A stretch of DNA of 64,000 nucleotides from Octopus sinensis. Taxonomy: Eukaryota. The notes beneath the pieces were generated by a model, which saw only the letters and a list, made by a program, of their open reading frames with translations, had not been told where the DNA came from and searched no databases. This document shows positions 12,575 through 23,799 of this stretch, in pieces. Made by a program: the position numbers and the translations under genes. Positions within the stretch are counted from its first letter, which is position 1; each line of letters starts with the position of its first letter. The DNA lies in the NCBI RefSeq assembly GCF_006345805.1, contig NC_043009.1:18352001-18416000 (forward strand), given 5' to 3'.

Positions 12575-13570
12575 TTCAAGCGGGCAGTTAGAAATAGAGT
12601 AGAAAGGGCTTTAGTTAAGACTCTAGAAGAGGCAATGAGGTCAGGCTGTGCATCCAAAGTTTTAGCGGCGAGGTTGGCGCTCGACCAACATCTCAAAGCT
12701 AAACACGACGGGTGCATTGTCAGGGCTAAGTTACGTGCAATGGAACAAGAGAGAATCCACATCGCTGGATGGGCCCGCGTGGTAGAGAGCCAACGCGGCA
12801 ACAATTCAACTATACGGTCTTTGACGGACCCGCATGGTCGTTCAGTAAACGAACCCGAGATGTGCAAGGTATTTCATGAGCATTTCGCCCAGCATTTCGA
12901 AGGGGGGAGGACCTCGCGGACTTCCTCGCTGTCTCGCCGCGTCTCTCAGGGCAAGGGTGGGGCTATGATCCATTTAGACTAATTAAAAGCGTTTGATAGG
13001 GTTGACCATCAATATCTGGCGGCGGTCCTTGCGGCGGCCGGTTTTGACCCGATCTTCCAACTGTCGACCGAATCTATAATTAAGATTGTTCTGCCGCCTT
13101 CCCTGAATAGGGAAGAGCAGGCTTGTTTTCTCTCGGCAGTAGCTATCGCGAAAGAGGTAGTGTGGAAGATGAGAGTGAAAGGGATCGTAACAGGCATTTT
13201 CGAATCCAGCCTTGGGTTGGTCAACTTTTTTCTTTTTCATATGAAGAGAAAAATAAGGCTGGAGAAGAGATGACTGTTGCACGGAGTGTTTCGGAAAAGA
13301 TGGAACACTATAGCAAGCGTGTTGAGAGTGAGTGAACCTGTTTGAGCAAGAACACAAGTGCATAAAAAAGGTTTCAGTGTTGGAATGTGGTTTGTGGGGT
13401 CGACCACGTCCCTCACTTCATCATTGTTAATCATTCGCTTTTCATTATCGTATTGCATTTTTGTAATTTTATCTTTATGTTATCACGTTGTTATTCGCAT
13501 TAGAATCCCGACCCCTTGTCTGTCCTTTTTTGTCCACTCTTCATCAAGACCGTAATGGCTAATAAAGAAA
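12575..13570 (+). mobile_element. Tx1/L1-clade LINE, internally deleted, with 3' end
   Basis: GCIVRAKLRAM...STIRSLTDPHG...FHEHFA, then IHLD*LKAFDRVDHQYLAAVL (RT motif), then REEQACFLSAVAIAKEVVW, ending in AATAAA. Confidence 0.85.
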
Positions 13571-13732
13571 AGAGTTTGAAAACGGCTACGTGAAGCTTGA
13601 AATTCATATCGGAATATTTCATTGTAAACATTATTATTAAGATTAAAATAAAAATTATCCCCTCAAAAAAGCCATCTCTACGTGTTCTTTCAAAAAATAT
13701 AATACAGTACCAAGAACTTTCTCTTTATTATT

Positions 13733-13813
<81 letters not shown>

Positions 13814-13837
13814 TATATATATATGTATGTATATATG

Positions 13838-13868
<31 letters not shown>

Positions 13869-13879
13869 ATCACTAGAAG

Positions 13880-14495
13880 TTAACAAGCTGACGAAATCGG
13901 GGGAACGAGAAAAATAGCCACCATACCAAAGTGAGGGACAATCGCAAATGAAATTGCAGATATACCCATATTCGTTGATTTCGAACTCTGAGACATTTCT
14001 CTCAGTTCTCCTCAGTGGGTCTTGCTAAAAAGTTACTCGCCTCGTTAAAAGTTTGATAAAACCGTTAAAGGCTAGCGCCAAATTCAAACGGTAGTAGTGT
14101 ATAATTATAGATAATATTATTATTAATAAAGAATAATACTATAGGTGGCTAGTTAGCAAAAAACCAAAAAGGTAAATTCATAAACAAGGGTACTAGATAG
14201 TTCTCCTCAGTGGAAGAGTGCTAAGAGAAATATCTCAGAGTTCGAATTCCCGTGATATGGGCATATCTGCAATTTCATTGGCAACTGACCCTCACTTTAG
14301 TATGTTGGCTATTTTTCTCGCTCCCCCGATTTCGTCAGCTTAACTTTTAGTGCTATTATGACTAACTGAGTTACTTTTGACTCTTATTTCTAGCAACACT
14401 GGTGCTATCTGGTACCCTTGTTTATAAATTTGCCTTTTGGATTTTTACATATATTATTATTATTTATTAATAATAATATCATGATTTATAATATA
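13880..14495. mobile_element. Nested inverted-repeat cluster, PLE pseudo-LTR-like
   Basis: 13885-14010 is inverted relative to 14222-14350, and 14100-14200 is inverted relative to 14404-14495. The 13-mer TTCTCCTCAGTGG occurs twice in direct orientation. Confidence 0.7.
13964..14020 (-). ncRNA. Minimal type I hammerhead ribozyme, canonical core
   Basis: Minus strand: ACCCA-CTGAGGA-GAACTGAGA gaaatg TCTCAGAGTTC-GAAA-T caacga ATA-TGGGT. 5-bp stem I, G10.1-C11.1, AUA triplet. Confidence 0.8.
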
Positions 14496-14504
14496 TACAT
14501 ATAT

Positions 14505-15131
14505 AATTTAAATTTAAAATAATAAGAGTGAAAAATTAGATATTAATTTGATTAATATCAATTTAAAATCAGTGGTGTAGCATATTGAAAAATCTGAAGA
14601 TTCAGAAAAATTGTATTACATACATATAAGAGGGATGACCAATAAGTGAACATCCATTATGCTAGAAGTAGAACTCCTATGGTCTTACCACAAATAAAGG
14701 ATTGTTCTCAAGAAAATTTAGCAAACGCCAGAACGTAAGCGAGCAAGGCAAATGAAAAGATACAAAATATAAAGAATTAATCACAAATCCAGTTTTGTTG
14801 TTACCACTTACGTAATTTTCAGCAACTCATCAGTGTGATCATCATAGCAAAATATAGTTTGCAGAACTATACACGAGACGTCTGCATGAGATTGAACATG
14901 TATACAGTTCTGCCAATTACATTTGGGGTTATCTTTGAACAGTCTACGTTTTGGCGCGCCAAAATACCGGAAATAATTGTGCAGAGAACATAGTTATTTA
15001 AATTTAAATTTAAAATAATAAGGGTAAAAAATTGAATATTAATTTGATTAATATCAATTTAAAACTAGTGGTCTAGCATATTGAAAAATCTGAAGATTCA
15101 GAAAAATTATATTACATACATATAAGAGGGA
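14505..15131. repeat. About 130-bp direct repeats (14505-14636 and 14998-15131) flanking a 360-bp interior
   Basis: AATTTAAATTTAAAATAATAAG...GCATATTGAAAAATCTGAAGATTCAGAAAAATT...ACATACATATAAGAGGGA occurs twice. Confidence 0.85.
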
Positions 15132-15653
15132 AACTTCTCCGTTTTCCAAAAAGCTAAAAGTGAAACATTGGAAGTGTATAGGTTTTTGAAAGTGGTGAGG
15201 TGATGGGTAAAATTCTTAAAGATCCATATTATCTGTGTTTTCCCCATGGATTAGCAAGAAAAATAATTTGAAAAAATAAAAAATGAATTTGGTGTGGAGA
15301 GGGAGAAAATTAAAATATTGAGAACGTGTTTTATGAGTGAAATCCCAATGTCGTGTTTCGCAAACATAGAAATCGGAAGAGATTTAGGAAAAAACAAGGC
15401 TAGAGAGCGGAAATGTCACCTTGGACATGCTAGAAAGAAACGGTAAAGGACAGGATGTCAGGGAAAACTTTCTTTTAAGTTTATATCGAAGATCAGGATT
15501 TTAAATACCCTCGAAACAAACACAAATTACACAATAGAAAAAAATAATTTCAATTGGATTTGAGATTTAAATTTGCTCGTGCACGCTGCAAGAGATAACA
15601 CAATTCACACAGAAGTTTTACCTACAGTGTATATATATATATGTAAGTGTGCA

Positions 15654-15705
<52 letters not shown>

Positions 15706-16718
15706 GAAGTTACTTTATGGCATTCTTTCGTTTGAAGAAGCAAAATTGTCAACTTTTCATATATAAATAGGCACAGGTAAAGCATGCACATGTACAAACA
15801 AAAATGTATGCATATGTATTGATGTATGTACGTACACATGACAACACACCCCTTAAGTTACTCTCTTTCTCTCTCTCTCTCTTTCTCCCTTCCTCTCTCC
15901 CTTTCTCCCTTCCTCTCTCTCTCTTTCCATTCCTCTCTCTCTTCCACACTCTCTCTCTTTTTCTCTCACACGTCCATTTCATACACACGTACATACATCT
16001 TTCATTTTCTCTCTTTCACAAAACTAAATAAATAAATAAAAAAAATACGGAAATTAACGAACGCAGATGAGAGCTCCTCAAGTCAAAACGACAGAACGCC
16101 AATGCAATTTTCTTTATTATTATACAGATGTGACTAATTCGGAGAAACATTATTTTCATTATTCACACATCGTCAGTCTCGTAATCGAACACTGTAATTC
16201 TGGTTGAAATTGAAAGTGGGAAGATGTTTTCACTTTCTAATGAAACCTAGTCGTTGTAACATTCATGATCAGCGTGTTTCACCGTTGGGTGGGTAGGTGG
16301 GAGGAAAGTCACACACACATATACTAAGACACACACACACACACCTCAAACCTAACTCTGTCCCTGTGTGTGTCTGTCTGCGTTTTTAGATGTGTGTGTG
16401 TGTGTGTGTGTGTGGTCACAAAAATGTATATATACTGACAGACACAAACACCGTTGCACACATATACTTGTCAGTTATCGGCCTAACGTACGTAAGGAAC
16501 GCACGAACACAGATAGAAAATGTGATGGTGGCGGTGGTAAAAGATGTCGTTTACGATAGGTGAATAAAAGAAAAAATGATAATCTTAAACTTTTGTAATG
16601 TAAATAAGTGAATGAAAATATAGTTTAGTTGATAGCCAAAAGCCTACTGAATCTTTTGACTCCCTTATGTCAAAAACGGCAATGCGGTTTTGGAATGCAT
16701 AAGGAACGCACACACACA

Positions 16719-16763
<45 letters not shown>

Positions 16764-17010
16764 CTTTTATATATGTGTATATATAGATAACATAGTTCTA
16801 ATATCATGACAAATTGTTTCGTAACTTAAAAACCATGTAAATAATTTATATTATATCTAATAATAAATAAAATGAAAAAATTGAAAGCAAAATAAAGTCT
16901 TTCTTTCACCTGTGGATGTGGCTTAGATTCTGCACTATTTTGAAGGAACTTTTGCATTTTGCATTAATGCAGACATGTATGCAATTTATTTATTATTAAA
17001 TATAATAACA

Positions 17011-17710
17011 TAAGAAGATATCGTACATTGAATTCAACTTACGTTGAAAGTCAACAAAGTTTGCTTTAGAAGCGTTGAGATGTATTGAAAAATAAGGAAA
17101 TAATTTTATTCTCAAATGCAGGATAATGCTAATAATATAGCATGAACCGGATAAACTATCCATATTGTGCAGAAAACTCTGCTGGCGGCCAGCCATGAGA
17201 CTAGATTTGTATGTCCTAAAATTGCAGAAGAGTTTGTCATTGGGGCAGTTTAGTTTACTGGTAAAGCACTAGACGCGTAATCACAGGGATATAAGTTCTA
17301 GTCTCATGACTGGCCGCTGACAGATTTTTCTGCAAAATATGGATAATTTATCCTGTTCATGCTATATTATTACCATTATCTTGCGTTTGAGAGTAAAATT
17401 ATTTCGTATCTGTATCTTCCAATACATCTCAACGCTTCTAAAGCAAACTTTGTTGACTTTCAACGTAAGTTGAATTTAACGTACGATAGCGTCTTATAAA
17501 ACTAGATTGATATATCCTAAATTTGCAGAATAATTTGTCGTTGGGTCAGTTTAACTTAATGGTAAAGCACTTGACGCGTAATCACAGGGGTGTCAGTTCC
17601 AGTCTCATGGTTGCCGCCGACAGATTTTTCTACAAAATATGGATAGCTTATCCTGTTCATGCTATATTAGCAATATTCTGTGTTTGACAATAAGATTATT
17701 TCCTTACCTT
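17011..17710 (+). mobile_element. tRNA-Thr-like repeat unit: two tandem copies preceded by an inverted partial copy
   Basis: tRNA-like heads at 17244-17315 and 17543-17615 (TGGTAAAGC, loop CGCGTAA, GTTCTAGTCTC). Arms 17011-17204 and 17297-17496 are inverted; tandem period is about 300 bp. Confidence 0.75.
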
Positions 17711-17789
17711 ATAATAATATAAATTATTTACATATTTTTCAGTTACGAAGCAATTTTTCAGAATTTTATTATTGTGAAATAAAATTTCA

Positions 17790-19665
17790 TCAAACTATTT
17801 CCCTTCTGGTCGCTCTCAACTTCTGTTCACTCACGACATTAAGTCTCTGTATACGGTGATCCCACACGACGAAAGCCTTCTTGCGCTTAAACACTTCCTT
17901 GACCTTCGGCCCGACCCTCACCCTTGACACCGCTACACTTCTTCGTCTGCCCAAACTTGCCCTCTTCCTCAACTCGCGGGGCAGTTTTACCAATAGTTCT
18001 CAGGAGTGGCCATGGGAACGAGAATGGGTCCCACCCACATTAAACTCTCCTTTCCTTACTCCCAATTCCTCCGTCTACACAGACTCTGCACTGACGACTA
18101 TGACTTTGAGACTCAATTTCAACTCATGGCTCGCCACTTCATCCTACGTGAATATCTCCTCACCGTAATTGACACCGCCCTTACTCGGGCACGATATGTA
18201 GACCGCACATCTGCTCTTTCTCTCCGCACCCACCCCACCGTTACACATCTCCCTTTTCGCCTTACCTACATATTCCCTAACCTACTCCTTCTCTCCTTCA
18301 AACGAACCTATAACTTGCCGGACCTCCTGGTCCACAGTTTCTTCCCTATCCTTGCCTCCCAGCCTATTTCCTACCCTTGCTCTCGTTCACGCTGTCGTGC
18401 ATGCCCCTACCTCTCGAACACCACCATCCTCACTGGCACCCATCACCGTCCCTATCACATCACCGATTCCTTTAACTTCACCTCTGGTAATGTTATTTAC
18501 TGCATCTCCTGCTCTGTCTGTCCTTCATTCTACATTGGTTAAACGTGATGCCGCTTGGCTGACCGGTTCGCGGAGCACCTCCGAGAATCAGACTCTGCAA
18601 TGACACGCCGTTTCGCACCACTCCCGCTCTACTGATCATTTGCTACAACATCTGTATGTGTTCGGACTGTCTCTGCACAGAGGCCACCCGGACTCCCGCC
18701 TTCGCTGTGAACAGGAATTAATCTTCTCTCTTCGTTCCTTTGCGGTATGTGGACACAACTCACGACCAACCCCACACAGATTCCAACACATCTCCCACAT
18801 GCAACTGCCCCTCCATCTACATACCTGCATACCCCTGCCTCGGTACCCTCACCACACACACATGCCACTATGCAAACACTCATACACACTGGTCAACTCA
18901 TTACTCACTTCCCGCACCATTACACAACTCATTCTCACTCCACACACACTAGTACCGAACACTTCTCAGCACTCACACTGCACACCATTATTCACACACC
19001 CACACAGAATGTTCAGTAGCGTCACCATCCATATCACTATACGAGAGACTACACACACACTGTTTAACTCAGTACACACACCACACACCATCATGCACAC
19101 TCCCACACCCACACAAAACGATAATACTTGAACGCTGACAATATATACACAACACATACGCAACACCCGTAGACAAAGATAACTTTCACAAATATACACA
19201 ATACACATGTACTTTATTTCGTCACAGACATACATACACATGTGCACACACAACATGAACAAGCATACATCAACTGCAGTACACAACACACACACACACA
19301 CGCGCGTTAGACCCACTCATCCCCATTCACACATACACATTCACACACATCATTCTTACATACACACAAAAGCTTGCGCACCTTTGTTCGTTGGGGTCAC
19401 GATTACCTTTATCGTTATTATTATTATTATCTGCCTTTTATTCAACCTCTTTTTCCCTGTCAACTCATGGACCGTTGAACTCTGCACTCTTTTTCTCTCC
19501 GATTTGTTTTCATTCTTTCTCAATTTTTCCCTCTTAATCCTTTCTGTCGAAGAGCGTGGGTTTGAAACGTAAAAGATCAATTCATTTTTCCTGGGCGTTA
19601 AACCAATACACCTGTCTGTTGTTTCTACACCTGTGCTCATCTTTCGTTTTTCTGCAAATTTGAAC
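17790..19665 (+). mobile_element. Penelope-like element: RT and GIY-YIG remnant, CA-rich 3' region and pLTR
   Basis: LLFTHDIKSLYTVIPHDE and GVAMGTRMGP (PLE RT); CSRSRCRACP...NVIYCISCSVCPSFYIG...RLADRFAEH (GIY-YIG with Zn-knuckle); EQELIFSLRS. Frameshifts and internal deletions present. Confidence 0.92.
19540..19575 (+). ncRNA. Hammerhead motif with variant CUGUCGA core in the PLE pLTR
   Basis: CTTT-CTGTCGA-A-GAGC gtgg GTTT-GAAAC-GTA-AAAG. Stem I 4 bp, stem II 4 bp with G.U pairs, zero-loop stem III. Located at the 3' end of the PLE. Confidence 0.65.
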
Positions 19666-19685
19666 TATATATATACAGACAGAAG

Positions 19686-20112
<427 letters not shown>

Positions 20113-20115
20113 ATT

Positions 20116-20331
20116 CGAAGTGGGGCTGAAAAGTTCCTAGCTTTAAGGGCATCGTGAAAGGCCTGGCTGGAGGCCCAAGCTTCTGATTTCTTTTACAGGG
20201 CTTAGGAAAACTGAAGGACCGCTGCAATAGGTGTGTGAATCTGAGAGGGGAAGATGTTGATTAAGATCATAATTAACTGATCCTCCTGTATTTTCTTCTA
20301 CCCAAAACCAGGAACTTTCCACCATCCTTCG
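20116..20331 (+). mobile_element. Mariner deletion derivative (MITE-like)
   Basis: TIRs CGAAGTGGGGCTGAAAAGTTCCT / AGGAACTTTCCACCATCCTTCG-TA. Retains the transposase C-terminus [17 protein letters not shown]. Confidence 0.8.
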
Positions 20332-20560
20332 TATGTATAAGGAAGGTAGACTTTGATCCGTGGGTGCTAGGAGTGACCGTGTAAGAAACTATTGACGATA
20401 TACTGTCGTATAAAAAAAATCAATGGACAACGTACACTGAACGTAAGACATAGAGGTAATTTTGAAAACTCTTTTAAATGGAGAGGGGGAGGCTTTACCT
20501 GTGCTTAACGTTTCCCACATACAGACATATGGATACATATAAATAGATGTTGATCTCCCT

Positions 20561-20649
<89 letters not shown>

Positions 20650-20842
20650 TACATGCATTGCACTACAGAGACCGTACACTTACATCGTATATGCGCAGAA
20701 GCACGTTCTTCACAAACATCCCAAGCACACTCAGAAGTAGATACCCACGAAGTCTATAATAAGAAAATGGAAGTGTATTTTTCAGCCTCTTCAATATACA
20801 CAATATATCTGAATGTATATTGGTTGATAGATTTTTCCGGCA

Positions 20843-20880
<38 letters not shown>

Positions 20881-21016
20881 ACACACACACACACACGTAC
20901 ACACACAAAGGAAAGACAGACTGAGTGCACGCGTATTTGAGCTCGCTTGATACAGAGGTACATTTAGCTATGCATCATATTGATTAGTTGATCAAGAGAA
21001 GAACAATGGAGAAAAC

Positions 21017-21059
<43 letters not shown>

Positions 21060-21350
21060 GGGGAGTGGGGACTAAGGAGGGAAGAATGGAGAGAAAGAGA
21101 GACAGACAATGATGAGATGTGTGAGTTTGCGTGTGTAGAGTAAATGTAGACACAATAGACTTTGTAGGAATGTATATAGAAGGTCAAACTGGAATAATCC
21201 GAATTAAGTTTATCTCTAAGCAGTGGAATTATTAGGAATTAAATCGTTTATTCCTTACTGCCGAGGAAACATTTGTAATCCGAATCAGTACATCAAATTC
21301 CTTATAACTGACATCTCTCTCCCTCTATTTTCTTCTTTCCCTCGTTTTCG

Positions 21351-21395
<45 letters not shown>

Positions 21396-23082
21396 CCATA
21401 CTGCCTTTCTCCCTTCCTCTCTTTTTTCGCGGTAAATATTTTTATAACGGTCTTTCTAACTCGCTCTCTTTTTCTCTTTCTCTAATTAATCCCCTTTCAT
21501 ACGTGACTTTTCTTGATCTCCTACCTTCATGTCTTCCCCACTCTCTGTCTCTCCGTCTCTCTCTCTCTTTTTCCCTCTTTCTGTCATTCTCTCTGCCCCC
21601 CCTCTCTTTCTGATTCTCCCTCCTTCAAAACCTACCTCATATCATCCTCCCATAGTAATCATCTCTATCTTGCTAACAACCTCCATGTACTAATGATCCC
21701 GTATCCTTTCCCAGTCACGCTTCATCCCAAATTATACTTCTCACCTATTAATTACTTACACTAGTCAACGAGAGAACCGCTGCGTAATCGATCCACCCAC
21801 TAGATGTAGCAGTTAAATCTTCTCTACATCGAACTTTCACCGCAATCAAAAACAGAAAAGACAACGATTATATAATCGTAAGTACCGCCATGCTGATGGA
21901 ATGTTCCCAGCTGATTAGGGTTTTGCTTGGACATAAAGAACAATACAGTCATTCTCAATCATAAATGACCCCTCTCCCTTCTCAGTGCTCCACTCACCGA
22001 TGATACACTCTCATTTAAAAATGTCATTATTCTGCAAAATGTTTACTGCCCAAGAAAATAATTCTAACAGTAATGTTAACCAACACCGAACTGTCAAACT
22101 ATGCACAACTACCACACTACATAAATATGTACTATACTACACAATAGTGTCGCTACCATACACCTACCAGTAAGTCTACCAATACACCTACCAGTAAAAC
22201 AGTGAACGTCACTATACTATATATATCTATCATATAGTCTATTTAGATCATGCAATATTCTTACGTAAGCCGATCGTGTATGTTTGTTCGTGAGTCGTGT
22301 CAGAGATCATGACTCGTAGACCCGTATCCTGGAACTGTAAGTGTGGATGGTCGTTCAAAACTCAGGTCATGAGTCATGAGTCACTCGACATGAGTTACTA
22401 AGCATGTGCATGGTCATGTGTCATTAGTTATTGTATTCTGCAATTTGTTGCACGTGCTGCACCGGGCAAATTAACTTTTACATTTTCCTATAAAAGCCTA
22501 TCGGCTTATTCAGAGAAAAATATATTAAAAAAGTAAAAGTATTTTGACAATGTCTCAGAAAATCCGACATCAAGATGAACGGATTAAATCAGTAATAATT
22601 ATTTCTTATTGAGATAAAAGGTCATATACATTTGGGTGCTATAGGGGGATTGCGCTGTTGTGATGCTCATGACCTTCTACTATGCACTAACGCCAAATGA
22701 GATGTACTTATTCCGGAATCGATATTGAGTCGTTATTTGAATCTCTCGAAACTATGAATAATCTTAGTTTCTTTCTTGTTTATGAGACAAGATCCACGAT
22801 CTGATTATATAATACTACTAGTATATGGAAGTTGGAACGGCAAGTTAATGAATCCCTCAATGGGTCTACAATGCTACCACTATCGGCATCAGCAAAGTGT
22901 GCCACACTGCAATACTTGCATGGACACGGTATATACAGGCATACAATAATTCACTGAGTAACAGGATTGAAACCGCTTTCAGTCCATTTGAATTGTTACA
23001 ACATCAAGCGATACAACATAAAACCTATAATGCATATATACTGTAGTCTCTCTCTATATAGTTAGCATTTACAGTAGTAACT

Positions 23083-23275
23083 ACATACATACATACATAC
23101 ATACATACATACATACATACATACATACATACATACATGCATGCATGCATGCATGCATGCATACATACATACATACATACATACATACATGCATGCATGC
23201 ATGCATGCATACATACATACATACATACATACATACATACATACATACATACATACATACATACATACATACATA
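23083..23275. repeat. (CATA)n/(CATG)n compound microsatellite
   Basis: Directly visible. Confidence 0.95.
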
Positions 23276-23414
23276 CGGAGACACACACACACATACTTTG
23301 TGTATGGTAGATAAGTTCAGCAAAAATTTAGATTCAGATGAATATGGTACTTAAGTTGAGGCAACAGAATTTAGTACGGTATTATCCATACAATTTCAAA
23401 GTAAGGTGATTAAA

Positions 23415-23787
23415 ATCAAAATAAGCAACAAGGATATCCAGAGGTAATGCAGTACGCTCAAGGGATTTGATAAACAATTCTATAAATTAAAACTGACCCC
23501 ATAAAGACAAAAAATTCAGTGGCAGGCAGAGTCTTCTTGATAATTTTAGTAACTTCTATGATGAAGTAGAGACATGTTCTTTGACTATATCCTTAACTTC
23601 TTGGAGATTTTAGCCATAATTATACTAATGTGTCCATCTGTTCTGATTTAATTAAATTCTGTCTTTGTGCAGTAGAAGATTGCTCTACATTTTAAATTGA
23701 TGTAATGATTGCATTTTTCAATTAAATGGAGTTGTATGAAACGATCGTACTGCATTACCTCTGGATATCCTTGTTGCTCATTTTGAT
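23415..23787 (+). mobile_element. Fold-back PLE-like unit with degenerate hammerhead (23669-23753)
   Basis: Arms 23415-23456 and 23746-23787. GCAG-TAGAAGA...GAAAC-GATC-GTA-CTGC. Same family as 61196-61302. Confidence 0.65.
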
Positions 23788-23799
23788 GTATATATATAT

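Noticed and set aside
17244-17315. Functional tRNA-Thr gene
   Set aside because: The T-loop (TTCTAGT / TTCCAGT), D-arm and anticodon stem carry mismatches in both copies, and it is embedded in a repeat unit. Treated as tRNA-derived.
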